DNA from: Candidatus Asgardarchaeum abyssi
GTDB taxonomy: Archaea > Asgardarchaeota > Asgardarchaeia > Asgardarchaeales > Asgardarchaeaceae
Assembly: GCA_040225955.1 (NCBI GenBank)
Contig: JBECUL010000009.1
Coordinates: 1 to 55,348 of the forward strand
DNA length: 55,348 nt
Reading direction: 5' to 3'
The position numbers and the translations under genes were made by a program. How positions within the stretch are numbered: position 1 is the first letter of the stretch; each line of letters starts with the position of its first letter. Shown here piece by piece: positions 1-9,819 of this stretch. The notes beneath the pieces are model-generated. The model saw nothing but the letters and a program-made list of their open reading frames with translations. It had not been told where the DNA came from and searched no databases.

Positions 1-132
1 TCTCCGTCTCATTATTAATCGCCAAGAAAATAATCATCCACGGGCCACTTATCTTTTGCGCCTAATTAGAAAGTTACATTTTAAACTTTATAAAATTAAT
101 TAACTTAATAAGGTGAAAAATATTGGTGAAAA

Positions 133-366
133 ATGTTTGTTCTTTCGAATAACGGATTTGAGAAGATGGTTTTTCTCAAGAAGGAAAAGAGGTTGAGTGA
201 CATACAAGATACATTTGAATCTAGGTTTGAGCTTGGGGTTGAAGTCGCATACAGCGTCCTTGCTGAGAGCAAGAATTTAGATGAAGCAACAAAGAAGATA
301 CTTGTTATCATTAGCCGAATAAAAGAAAAAAAGAGAAGCAAGGTCTTTGACTTTTATGGCATTTAA
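133..366 (+). CDS. Small hypothetical protein upstream of the TnpB-like pseudogene
   Basis: 77-aa ORF with GGTGA RBS-like motif just upstream; no family recognised. Confidence 0.5.
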   Translation: MFVLSNNGFEKMVFLKKEKRLSDIQDTFESRFELGVEVAYSVLAESKNLDEATKKILVIISRIKEKKRSKVFDFYGI

Positions 367-400
367 CTTCTCTTATTTTTTCTTCTATTCGGTGGTTATA

Positions 401-1419
401 ATGCGGATTGAAACACAATGTAGAACCGTTATCTTGCAGTTATACTCCATGCCATCCCAAGAGAAAAGATTACTAAAGGCAGAGAAGCAAGTCCTTAGGT
501 TTTTGGAATTATCAAGACATGAGCTGCAGAAGTTAATTTACCACAAGTTTAATCAGCACGTAGAACCGAGAATGTTAACTTTGCTCACACAACGTTTAAC
601 TGGCTCACTAGGCAATAAAGGTATCCTCTGTTTTGTTTTGATAAAGGCAACTCGAAATTTATCCAAGATAATGGAATCTGATTCGTTGAGGTTAAATTAG
701 AAAGAGGAAGAAACCGAAGAGAGCGAATACTCACAGCGCGTTCTGATAACGAATACTATGACGTGATCAAGAACTTGTCGACATTTCCATTTGTCATTGT
801 TAGGGAGAATGATAAGTGGTTTTGCTACGTTTCTATTCCTGTAAAACAAGAAACAAACAATTTGATTATTGGCATAGATTTTAACTTAAGAAAATGGGTT
901 GCTGCACCATATAGAGGGCAGCCATTATTCTTCGACGCATCGGAGTACTCCGAAAAGATAGATAGACTCCAAAGGCTAATAAGCAAATATCACTCCAAAG
1001 ACAATTTAGAAAAGGTAAAGGAGAACTACCACAAGATACAAGAAATTATAAAACTTGCGCGCGGCAACTTTTTAGCATTGATAAAAAAGAAATACGGAAT
1101 TTGTACGATAGCTATCGAGAGGATTAGCGGCATGTTCAAACTAACAAAGAAGGAATCGGCGATGATAAACAATTGGCTCTATAAGAAAACTGCTCTAAGG
1201 AAATTCGTTCTGAGAGCAATGGCAAAGGGGTTCAATGTTATTGAAATCGATCCGAGAAATACTACAAAGCTATGCTATCGTTGTAACTCCAAAGTTCGAA
1301 TATATGGAAAACACAGAAGATTAATAAGATGTGACAACTGTGGACTAAAGGATTAAAACAGGGACTTAAACGCAGCTAGAAATATAGCAAAACGGGCTAT
1401 CAAGTACATAAGTACATAA
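401..1419 (+). pseudogene. tnpB: Compact TnpB/Cas12f-like RNA-guided nuclease (IS200/IS605 OrfB family), pseudogenised
   Basis: RuvC-I IIGIDFN, RuvC-II IAIE, DPRNTTKLCYRC..CDNCG zinc finger; reading through TAA 1354-1356 gives RuvC-III NRDLNAARNI. ORFs 347-700 and 763-1356 join after removing a 5-bp duplication at ~629-640; internal TGA at 679-681. Confidence 0.85.
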
Positions 1420-1622
1420 GAGTTGAGATAAGCGAGCTAAGGCGGATGTTAGAAATATTTAAAAGTGGCGGAGTAGGAGATATAGTGGGAGCGGCAAGTT
1501 TTTCATAGAAGAAAAACATAAAGTAAAGTAATGATATTTTTAAAATATATCTAGAGAGCGAGAAATAGGTTAAATGGGATAAAGCATAGAAATAGGTGTT
1601 TAATTGAAATAATAAAAATAAG

Positions 1623-3503
1623 TCACTTGTATAAGTCTGTTATCACGAAATCAAGCCCCAATTTTTTTAGTTTACCCTTCGATGGTCTTCCTGTTATGTA
1701 GTCCCAGTCTTCATATTCAAAGTATTCTCGCACCCTAGGCTCGAGATTTAATATTAATCCCTTATGGGGACCTTTCTCCATAGGAGGTTTTCCTAAAATT
1801 CTATCTGGCAATTTAAATTTACTTGGCTTAAGTCCCTCACGAATGTTGAAGCACCATCTTAGGGTTCCGATTCTATTTCCTATTGTTAGAAATTCTTCGG
1901 GTGAAACATTCCAGCCAGTAACGGCTTTTATAAATTCCATTGGTGTTGGTATTCCCTCTATTTCTCCTGCCCAATTCCAGAAGCTACATATTCCAAGTGA
2001 GTGAAAAGCGTGCGTGAAGTTTGTCACCAGCCAGTGAATTTCAGCCTTCCCATAGGGATTGTATTTGTCTTTTATTTTAAATGTTCCAATTCCAGGCAGA
2101 AATAGTGGGGACCCCCATATCTCAGAATATCCTTCAGTTCCTTGAGTATGTCTAGCAGGAGTTGCATTTGAAATATATGTCACTCCGAGACCTGGACCTG
2201 CTCTTGGATCGTGCATTGGTAAATCTTGTCCACCGACGTGCATGGCATATTTCTCACTACCCTTTCCTATTCTATCAGCTGCAAATTTAGAACCATCAGC
2301 AAGAATTTCGCCAAAGCTTTCACGTTTAGCTATTAGAAGCACCAATTCCTCTTTTGCCTCGTTATCATCCCATTTTAGTTCAATCCCACCTAAATCTTCC
2401 TTAGTTATAATTTCCTTTTCATATAGTTCAAGCGCAAATGCTAGTGTAGAGCCTGTTGAAATGGTATCGAGTCCGTACTCATTACATATATTATTCATCA
2501 TGATTATGGACTTTAAATCGTCATTTAAGCAATTTGAACCTAAAGCAACTAAGGTTTCATACTCTGGTTTATGAGCAATTATTTTCTGAGCATCACCTAT
2601 CTCGACAATACCACCACATCCAACTGGACATCCATAACACGCGTATTTTCTTTTTTGGAATTTTATAACAGCCTCATCGCTTATCTTTTTACTATTTGGA
2701 AAATCTTCTGGTGCGCCGCTCCAGTTTTTTATTGGAGCGTCCCCTACCATTATGCAACCCGCTGTACCTCCGCATGTTCCATATTTTGAAAGCATTTCCC
2801 ATGCTGGATTCTTTGTTCCTATTTTAATGAATTGTTTTCGCAATTCTAGGAGATCATCTAGATTATTTACTGGGATTTCTTTATGTCCTTTAATTGCAAT
2901 AGCTTTAAGATTCTTTGAGCCCATAACGGCTCCTAATCCAGATCTCGCTGCAGCTCTACCAGAGTCCGTTATAACTCCAGAGATTAAAGAAAGTTTCTCA
3001 GCTGCTGGTCCAATAGCAGCTATCTTCACCCCTTTATCACCTAGCTCATCACGGATTACATTTTCAGTCTCTGACACCGTAAGACCCCAAATGTGTTCTG
3101 CAGACTTGAATTCTATAGAGTCTTCAGTTATCCATAAATATACTGGCTTTTCAGCTCTGCCATAAACTAAAATTCCATCATACCCTGCACGTTTTATCTC
3201 AGGGCCAAAGTAACCACCACATCTGGAGTCTCCCCATCCTCCCGTTATTGGAGATTTTCCTATAACATGGAATGATCCACTAAATGGTGCTTGTGTTCCT
3301 GTAAGTATGCCTGTCATAAATCCTAAAACGTTATCCGGGGATAGCGGATCAACACCCTTGGGTATCTTTTCATAGAGAAGTCTTACCCCCAGCCCATAGC
3401 CGCCATACCATTCCTTATACATAGATTCGTGAAGTTTCTCAACGTGATATTTTTTCTTTGTTAGATCTATATGTAGAATATATCCCATAAAACCATCGGG
3501 CAT
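1623..3503 (-). CDS. aor: Tungsten-containing aldehyde:ferredoxin oxidoreductase family protein
   Basis: GFMGYILHIDLT start, KSPITGG, GRAAARSGLGAVMGSKNLKAI, CYGCPVGC Fe-S motif, PEYET, GLDTIS. Confidence 0.93.
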   Translation of the reverse strand: MPDGFMGYILHIDLTKKKYHVEKLHESMYKEWYGGYGLGVRLLYEKIPKGVDPLSPDNVLGFMTGILTGTQAPFSGSFHVIGKSPITGGWGDSRCGGYFGPEIKRAGYDGILVYGRAEKPVYLWITEDSIEFKSAEHIWGLTVSETENVIRDELGDKGVKIAAIGPAAEKLSLISGVITDSGRAAARSGLGAVMGSKNLKAIAIKGHKEIPVNNLDDLLELRKQFIKIGTKNPAWEMLSKYGTCGGTAGCIMVGDAPIKNWSGAPEDFPNSKKISDEAVIKFQKRKYACYGCPVGCGGIVEIGDAQKIIAHKPEYETLVALGSNCLNDDLKSIIMMNNICNEYGLDTISTGSTLAFALELYEKEIITKEDLGGIELKWDDNEAKEELVLLIAKRESFGEILADGSKFAADRIGKGSEKYAMHVGGQDLPMHDPRAGPGLGVTYISNATPARHTQGTEGYSEIWGSPLFLPGIGTFKIKDKYNPYGKAEIHWLVTNFTHAFHSLGICSFWNWAGEIEGIPTPMEFIKAVTGWNVSPEEFLTIGNRIGTLRWCFNIREGLKPSKFKLPDRILGKPPMEKGPHKGLILNLEPRVREYFEYEDWDYITGRPSKGKLKKLGLDFVITDLYK

Positions 3504-3507
3504 GCGT

Positions 3508-4542
3508 CTACACCCACATTACCCGTAATTTCTTAATATATCCTCGTTTTTTTAATAATTCCCTAACTCTCTCTTCAGCCTTAAAGATCGGATGTTTAGC
3601 TGTAAGCTCCTTTAATTTTGAAAATACGGGATATGTTGCCTGTTGTTCTAATTTCCACTCTTTGGCAAATTTCCCTGTGACTATTTCATTGACTATACAC
3701 TTTATTTTATCTTTTATCTCGCTGGAAGAGAAAATCTCTTGTCTAGTGAGAGTGCCGTATTGACTTGTGGTGGAATGAAGTTTTGCTTGTTCGAGGTATC
3801 CCATTTCAAAAATTGCCTTCCACATCTCAAAAACTTCACCAGAAACATAAAGTTCCAGCACTTCAATTTCTGGTCTAACTCCAGCTTCTATAGCTGTTTC
3901 AAAAGACATTTTCAGTGCGGCTAAAGTTATGGCACCCATAACCTGCTCGGATATAAGATCACATATTGTTTCTTCCTCAAAACTAGATTCAAAGGCACCT
4001 ACTCTTGTAAACCCGATTCCTTTCGCCAAGGCCAATGCAATTTTAAGCTCTAAGTCTTTGGACTTATCTCTAACAGCTATAAGTGCAGGTGCTCCTCGTC
4101 CCTCCTTATATAGTTCTCTAACACCTTTACCTATCATTCTTGGTGCTACTAGTATTACATTTACATAGTCTGGAGGGTTTATGAATCCATATGTTATATT
4201 ATATCCACTAGCGAAACATAAAGTCTTTCCGGCAGTGAGATAGCTTTCGATTTCGGACTTATAAACTTCTGGCATTATTTCATCAGGAATTAATAAGCAA
4301 ATAACATCCGCCTTTTTGACAGCATCACTGATGGGCATAACTTTGAAGCCATCTTTTACTGCTATATCCCAATATTTATCTTTTATATTTCCCACTATTA
4401 CATTAAGACCGCTATCTCTAAGATTTAAAGCCCAAGCTTGGCCTTGATTTCCGTAACCAATAATTCCAATTATCTTATCTTTTAATATACTAAGATCTGC
4501 ATCTTCATCAAAATATACGGTAACGGATCCTATTCTCTCCAT
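3508..4542 (-). CDS. ilvC: Ketol-acid reductoisomerase (IlvC)-like protein, class I, divergent catalytic motifs
   Basis: IGIIGYGNQGQAWALNLRDSG Rossmann motif, LIPDE, FEEETICDLISEQ; ASGYN and APRMIG differ from canonical AHGFN and APK. Confidence 0.85.
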   Translation of the reverse strand: MERIGSVTVYFDEDADLSILKDKIIGIIGYGNQGQAWALNLRDSGLNVIVGNIKDKYWDIAVKDGFKVMPISDAVKKADVICLLIPDEIMPEVYKSEIESYLTAGKTLCFASGYNITYGFINPPDYVNVILVAPRMIGKGVRELYKEGRGAPALIAVRDKSKDLELKIALALAKGIGFTRVGAFESSFEEETICDLISEQVMGAITLAALKMSFETAIEAGVRPEIEVLELYVSGEVFEMWKAIFEMGYLEQAKLHSTTSQYGTLTRQEIFSSSEIKDKIKCIVNEIVTGKFAKEWKLEQQATYPVFSKLKELTAKHPIFKAEERVRELLKKRGYIKKLRVMWV

Positions 4543-4602
4543 ATGATCACCACAACTTGTGATTTATTTAATTATTATTATAATATATATTATAATGTCT
4601 TA

Positions 4603-6411
4603 TTATTCCTCGGATATGAGATTTATAATAAGAGGAACAATTCTTTGTTTTTCTACATCAATTAACCCTTTATCGCTTATTTTAAGCTCAGGTATAGAGG
4701 GACATGCTTGGAACGAAAGTGTCATTATCGGTGATTTAAATGTGGAGCCCAATTTATCTCTAATATCTTTTTCAATTTTCTCAAGTTTTGATGCAACGTT
4801 TTCTACATTCTCTAAAGAAATAATTCCTCCTAGAGGAAGTGATAGGCTACTTAAAATTTGATTATTCGAAGCAACAGCAATTCCCCCATTTAATTCAGAT
4901 ATGTGGTTTGCTACAAGTGCCATGTCTCTGTCGTTAGTTCCGATTACTAATAGGTTATGGGTATCATGAGCTATACTGCAGCCAAATGCACCGTTTTTTA
5001 TTCCAAATCCTTTTATGAAACCTAAACCGATATTTAAGTCTGTTTTCCCAAATCTCTCAATACAAGCTATTTTTGCTATGCCTTTCTCGCTATCGGCGGT
5101 AATTTTATGATCCTTAACCACCAGTTTTTCAATGACTCTTTTACTTATCAAACTACCATCCTTAACACTTATTATATTGCATTCTGCAATGCCATTACTT
5201 ATTTTAACATTAATCTGAAAGTCATCTGGAGTTAATTTTCGTTTTAATCTAAATGTTTTAATGGCCCAATCGGGGTATTTTGATTGTTCTAAATCAATTA
5301 TCAATCTTCCATTTTCTGCTACTATTTGTCCATTTGCGATAACTTTTGAGATTTTGAATTTTTCTAAGTTATCAATTATTAATATATCTGCTATTTTCCC
5401 AGGAACCAAACTACCGATTTCTCTATCTAATCCAAAATATATTGCGGGATTTATTGTTGCCATCTGAATCGCTGAAATTGGATCAACACCCTCATTTATT
5501 GCTTGTTGTATAATATAATTTATATGCCCCTCACTCAAAATATCCGAAGGAGTCCTATCATCTGAGCAGAATGAGCAAAACCTTGTTGGAAGCCTTTTCT
5601 CTGTGACTATTTTAATTAAATTTTTAAGATCTCTAGCTGCTGACCCTTCTCTTATCATTAAGTGAACTCCAACTCTCAATCTATTTAATGCGTCTTCGAT
5701 ATCTGTTGCTTCATGATCTGACGATGCCCCTGCTGCAAAGTAAGATACTATTTTCTTTATATCTTTAACACCTGCAATATGCCCCTCTATACTTAATTTA
5801 TGCATCATAGCTGCTTCAGCGAGTCTATAAAACTCAGGTTGAGTTAGTCTACTTATCTCCCCCAGTGCAACTGCAAAGTCCCATGTCATCATTTCTTTAA
5901 GGTCATCAAATGTAAAAACAAATCCTGGTGTTAAAATTGTTGTAAGCGCATCATTGGGAGTTGATGGCACTGCTAAAAATACTTTAAGAGGCGTGTTACT
6001 AGCTTCTTCTAAGAGTAATTTTAAGCCAGTTTTACCTAATGTCCACAAGATTTCATGAAAATCAGTTATTATTGTCGTAGTTCCAAGAGGGAGTACTGCT
6101 TTAGCGAATTGTGTTGGTGTTATCATACTGCTTTCTATATGAATATGAGGATCTATTAGTCCGGGGACTGCATATTTACCCTCTAATGATATGACCCTTG
6201 TTTTTTCACCAATTGATTTTGAAAAATCAGAAATTTTCTCTCCTATAAAGGCTATTCTTTCTCCTTTTATTGCTATTATGGCTTGATAAACCTCTTCGGT
6301 ATGAACATTAACTAGATTAACATTCTTTAATATGAAATCTGCTTTTTCTTCACCATTTATTACTCTTATTAGGTCAATACGCTGTACTCTTGTTGAGATA
6401 AACTTCGGCAA
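4603..6411 (-). CDS. ade: Adenine deaminase family amidohydrolase
   Basis: PGLIDPHIHIESS, TDFHEI, DHE, IREGSAA, SDD, AHDTHN; 602 aa; TTG start. Confidence 0.88.
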   Translation of the reverse strand: MPKFISTRVQRIDLIRVINGEEKADFILKNVNLVNVHTEEVYQAIIAIKGERIAFIGEKISDFSKSIGEKTRVISLEGKYAVPGLIDPHIHIESSMITPTQFAKAVLPLGTTTIITDFHEILWTLGKTGLKLLLEEASNTPLKVFLAVPSTPNDALTTILTPGFVFTFDDLKEMMTWDFAVALGEISRLTQPEFYRLAEAAMMHKLSIEGHIAGVKDIKKIVSYFAAGASSDHEATDIEDALNRLRVGVHLMIREGSAARDLKNLIKIVTEKRLPTRFCSFCSDDRTPSDILSEGHINYIIQQAINEGVDPISAIQMATINPAIYFGLDREIGSLVPGKIADILIIDNLEKFKISKVIANGQIVAENGRLIIDLEQSKYPDWAIKTFRLKRKLTPDDFQINVKISNGIAECNIISVKDGSLISKRVIEKLVVKDHKITADSEKGIAKIACIERFGKTDLNIGLGFIKGFGIKNGAFGCSIAHDTHNLLVIGTNDRDMALVANHISELNGGIAVASNNQILSSLSLPLGGIISLENVENVASKLEKIEKDIRDKLGSTFKSPIMTLSFQACPSIPELKISDKGLIDVEKQRIVPLIINLISEE

Positions 6412-6475
6412 GGTAATCCCTCTAATGATTATTTAATTACTTGCTAAAAAATATATGAGAGAAACAACTTAACTT

Positions 6476-7330
6476 TTAGCCCTTAATATTGTACTTTGCA
6501 AATAATTTCTGAATGACATCAAGCATTTCTCTAACGGTAAGCACACTTTTAGGTATTTCTTTATCTGTAATATTCCGCTTCAAGGCATGAGCGTATTGTG
6601 TAATTTGTGGAGGAAATAAAAATGTCTCTTTAAGAATTTCTGGTTGAGCGAAGACGTCTCTGACATCGCCTTCCAATAAAATTCTTCCTCTATGCATAAC
6701 AATAACACGTTTAGCATACTCAGCAACAATACGCATATCGTGTGTTATAAATATGATGATATGACCTGAATCATGCATCTTTTTAACATATTGCATTACT
6801 TTTTCTGATTGTCTCCAATCAAGTCCTGTAGTTGGTTCATCAAGTATTAGCACCTTTGGACGCATAGCAACTATAGATGCTAGTGCAATTCTTGTTTTTT
6901 CGCCTTTACTCCTAAATATGGGATTCTCTTTTCTTATTTTCGTTAGTTCAAATATTTCAAGAGCCTCCTCCACTCTTTCTTTGATTTCATCTTCAGAAAG
7001 TCCTAAATTTCTAGGACCAAAGGCAATTTCCTCCTCTATTGTGTTTGAGAATATTTGATGGTCTGGATTTTGAAAGAGATAGCCAACTTTTCGTGCCAAT
7101 TCTGCAACGGTGGATTTCCTAGTATCTACACCATCTACAATAACTTGACCCTTTGTTGGTTTAAGTAGACCATTAAAATGCTTAACAAGTGTTGTTTTTC
7201 CAGAGCCATTTTGCCCAATAATTGCTACAAAATCGCCTTCATAGATTTTAAGCGATATATCCTCAAGAGCTAATGTCCCATCTGGATATGTAAATGAAAG
7301 ATCCTCAACTACTATATAGGGATCTGTCAT
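6476..7330 (-). CDS. ECF transporter ATPase (EcfA/A'), degenerate signature motif
   Basis: GQNGSGKT, FQNPDHQ, LDEPT, ITHD; signature RSKGE; ATG at 7330 preferred over 7378. Confidence 0.9.
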   Translation of the reverse strand: MTDPYIVVEDLSFTYPDGTLALEDISLKIYEGDFVAIIGQNGSGKTTLVKHFNGLLKPTKGQVIVDGVDTRKSTVAELARKVGYLFQNPDHQIFSNTIEEEIAFGPRNLGLSEDEIKERVEEALEIFELTKIRKENPIFRSKGEKTRIALASIVAMRPKVLILDEPTTGLDWRQSEKVMQYVKKMHDSGHIIIFITHDMRIVAEYAKRVIVMHRGRILLEGDVRDVFAQPEILKETFLFPPQITQYAHALKRNITDKEIPKSVLTVREMLDVIQKLFAKYNIKG

Positions 7331-7331
7331 T

Positions 7332-8186
7332 TCATTCCCTCCTGAGCAATTTAAGTGTCTTTTGAACAGCCTCATCAAGCGTAATCGGATATTGCTCTAC
7401 GTTACAATTTAATTCTTTATTGATTAAGTGGAATAATTCTGTAACTTGAGGAGGTCTAACACCAAGCTTCATTAGAAAATCAACGTCACTAAATATCTCT
7501 CTTGGAGTACCAATTCGAACAATTTCACCTGCATTCATTAGTACTATTCTATCAGCAAATTCAGCAACCATTTCAGCCTCTTGTGTAAAAAGAATTATTG
7601 TGATACTATATTTTTCTCTCAGCTCTTTAACAACACTAAATACCTCATATTTTCCAATAGGGTCTAAGCTTGCTGTAGGATCATCCAGAACCAAAACTTT
7701 AGTTTTCATTGCCAGCGCGGCTGCTATTGCAACCCTCTGTTTCTGCCCTCCAGATAATCGATGAGGCGGTTTATCTCTATACTCCTTCATATCAACAACA
7801 TCTAAAGCCCATTCAACTCTTTCAATCATCTCATCATTTGGAAGATTTAAGTTTTCTAAACCAAATGCAACTTCACTTTCAACAGACATCATGCAAAATT
7901 GACTTTCTGGGTCTTGGAACACCATACCTACTATTCTTGCTAATCTTCCTACCTTTTCTGTTCTTGTATCTAGTCCATCAACTATAACATTCCCTTTAAA
8001 GGTACCAGGAATACTATGTGGTATTAACCCATTTAAACAAAGACCTAGAGTGGACTTCCCCGATTCAGCAGGACCCATTATAACAATAAATTCACCCTCT
8101 TCTATATCCAAATTTATATTTTTTAAAGTCCACTTAGGACTTCCTCTATATTTAAACCATAAATTTTTAATTTCAATTATTGGCAT
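7332..8186 (-). CDS. ECF transporter ATPase (EcfA/A'), degenerate Walker B and H-loop
   Basis: GPAESGKST, FQDPESQ, LSGGQKQR, LVLDDPT, FTQE; ATG at 8186. Confidence 0.9.
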   Translation of the reverse strand: MPIIEIKNLWFKYRGSPKWTLKNINLDIEEGEFIVIMGPAESGKSTLGLCLNGLIPHSIPGTFKGNVIVDGLDTRTEKVGRLARIVGMVFQDPESQFCMMSVESEVAFGLENLNLPNDEMIERVEWALDVVDMKEYRDKPPHRLSGGQKQRVAIAAALAMKTKVLVLDDPTASLDPIGKYEVFSVVKELREKYSITIILFTQEAEMVAEFADRIVLMNAGEIVRIGTPREIFSDVDFLMKLGVRPPQVTELFHLINKELNCNVEQYPITLDEAVQKTLKLLRRE

Positions 8187-8203
8187 GGTAACTCCTCGTT
8201 TTT

Positions 8204-9013
8204 TTATAATCGCCAAGGGATTATAGCCAGGTAACCAAAGTAGTATCTTAGTATTAATACTAGAATGAAAACAGCAAATGATAAAAATATCATAACATAA
8301 TCAGTTTTGGAATATCTCGGCTCCTTGTAGAAGCTTCTGGGCTGAAGGGGTATAAATCCTCTAGAATCTAAAGCATTTGCTAATATGGTAACTCGCTTAA
8401 ATGATGTTATTAGCCAAGGAACAAGGATTATTATTAATTTTTTTACTCGCTCTAATAAGCTCCCTTTTTCAAGTTCGAGGCCTCTAGACATCTGAGCTTC
8501 AACAATAGTATGATAGTCGTCGTAAAGAGTAGGTATGAATCTCAGTGCTAAAGCAAATATCAAACAGATAAAGTAAGGGATTCGTAATTTCCTCATTCCA
8601 GCTATTATATCGACTTCCCTTGTTGTTACAACTAGTATTATTGTTATAGCTAGAAGTGATAAAAGTCGTAATGCCATAGCTATTGCTAATGGGATGCTGA
8701 GATCAGTAATATAAATCCCGTCATAGACTTTATAAATTGGTTTACCAACACCACTAAACAATAGCCATGAAACTGCGATTGCGCATGTAACAACAACTGC
8801 AGTTCTCAAGAAGGGTTTAAGTACAGCAGAAGTCACTTTCAGTTTGAATTTAAGCCAGATAGCAGGTATACCAACAGCTAAGAGAAATACAAGGTTCCAG
8901 AGAGGCATCTGAATAAATAACGCAGTAATAGACATTAAAAAAGTAAAAATGATTTTTGTTTGTGGTGAAAGCTTATGGAAGAATGTATTCCCAGGACAGT
9001 ATAGCTCAGACAT
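8204..9013 (-). CDS. ecfT: ECF transporter transmembrane T component
   Basis: FHKLSPQTKI start, ALRFIP, AQMSRG and ALDSRG coupling motifs. Confidence 0.9.
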   Translation of the reverse strand: MSELYCPGNTFFHKLSPQTKIIFTFLMSITALFIQMPLWNLVFLLAVGIPAIWLKFKLKVTSAVLKPFLRTAVVVTCAIAVSWLLFSGVGKPIYKVYDGIYITDLSIPLAIAMALRLLSLLAITIILVVTTREVDIIAGMRKLRIPYFICLIFALALRFIPTLYDDYHTIVEAQMSRGLELEKGSLLERVKKLIIILVPWLITSFKRVTILANALDSRGFIPLQPRSFYKEPRYSKTDYVMIFLSFAVFILVLILRYYFGYLAIIPWRL

Positions 9014-9021
9014 TAATCAAA

Positions 9022-9648
9022 TTACTCCTCGCCTTCTTCTTCAATTAAAGTTAGAGCAAAGAAACCTTCAAAGTATAACCCACTTCTTTCAATATATGGA
9101 GTCAAAAGTTTAAGCATCAAGACTCCTAGAGTGAGACATGCAACAGCATCAGCTATAAACCACGGCCATATGGCAACCGTAAATGCAAATTCTGGTGTAT
9201 ACCAACCTATTGCTATACTTACTATCATTCCACCGAAGGCATCCATGAATGTATTTACTATTGACCCGAAAATAATATACATGATGATACTTCGCTTATC
9301 CCTCAACATGGGATCTAATTTCATGACCCTCCACACTATAGCTGGAATAAGAGCATCCCACATTCCTGCAAGTACACCAAATGCTATTGCGACTGGAATT
9401 GAATATCCCCAGAATGGTGCTGAAAGAATAGTCCCTATAATTGGACCAAGAACTCCCCAAAAACCAAACCAGATTCCCGTAGCTGATGCATAACCGGAAG
9501 CTGGATAGATTACAGAAACTCCTGGGATAGGCTGAAAGAGAGTACCAAATGTACCCAAGACATAGTAAATTCCTGAGTTAAGTGCAGCAACAACAATGGC
9601 TTTAGTACTTATTTCAGGGGTAAAAATACCCTTTTTCTTACCACTCAC
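9022..9648 (-). CDS. ECF transporter substrate-specific S component (QueT-like); substrate unknown
   Basis: 208 aa, about 6 TM helices, FGFWGVLGPIIGTILS, first gene of the EcfT/A/A' operon. Confidence 0.75.
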   Translation of the reverse strand: MSGKKKGIFTPEISTKAIVVAALNSGIYYVLGTFGTLFQPIPGVSVIYPASGYASATGIWFGFWGVLGPIIGTILSAPFWGYSIPVAIAFGVLAGMWDALIPAIVWRVMKLDPMLRDKRSIIMYIIFGSIVNTFMDAFGGMIVSIAIGWYTPEFAFTVAIWPWFIADAVACLTLGVLMLKLLTPYIERSGLYFEGFFALTLIEEEGEE

Positions 9649-9819
9649 TCTTTATTCCTCCTGCTTCGTATTTATTCATGAGAACATATTTATAGGAAAT
9701 ATTACTATCTCTCTATACAGAGGAGGTTTTATTTAAACCTTTTTAGCTATTTTTATAAATAAAGCAAGAATATTTTAAAAAAAATAAAAAGTTGAAAAAA
9801 AAATTAAGGAGGAATTAGG

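Noticed and set aside
401-1419. Stop-codon reassignment explaining the internal stops in tnpB and other genes
   Set aside because: Stops are of all three types, come with frameshifts, and intact genes end normally
1555-1612. AGAAATAGGT duplication and ATTGAAAT resembling a CRISPR repeat end near the TnpB-like gene
   Set aside because: No regularly spaced full repeat; no array
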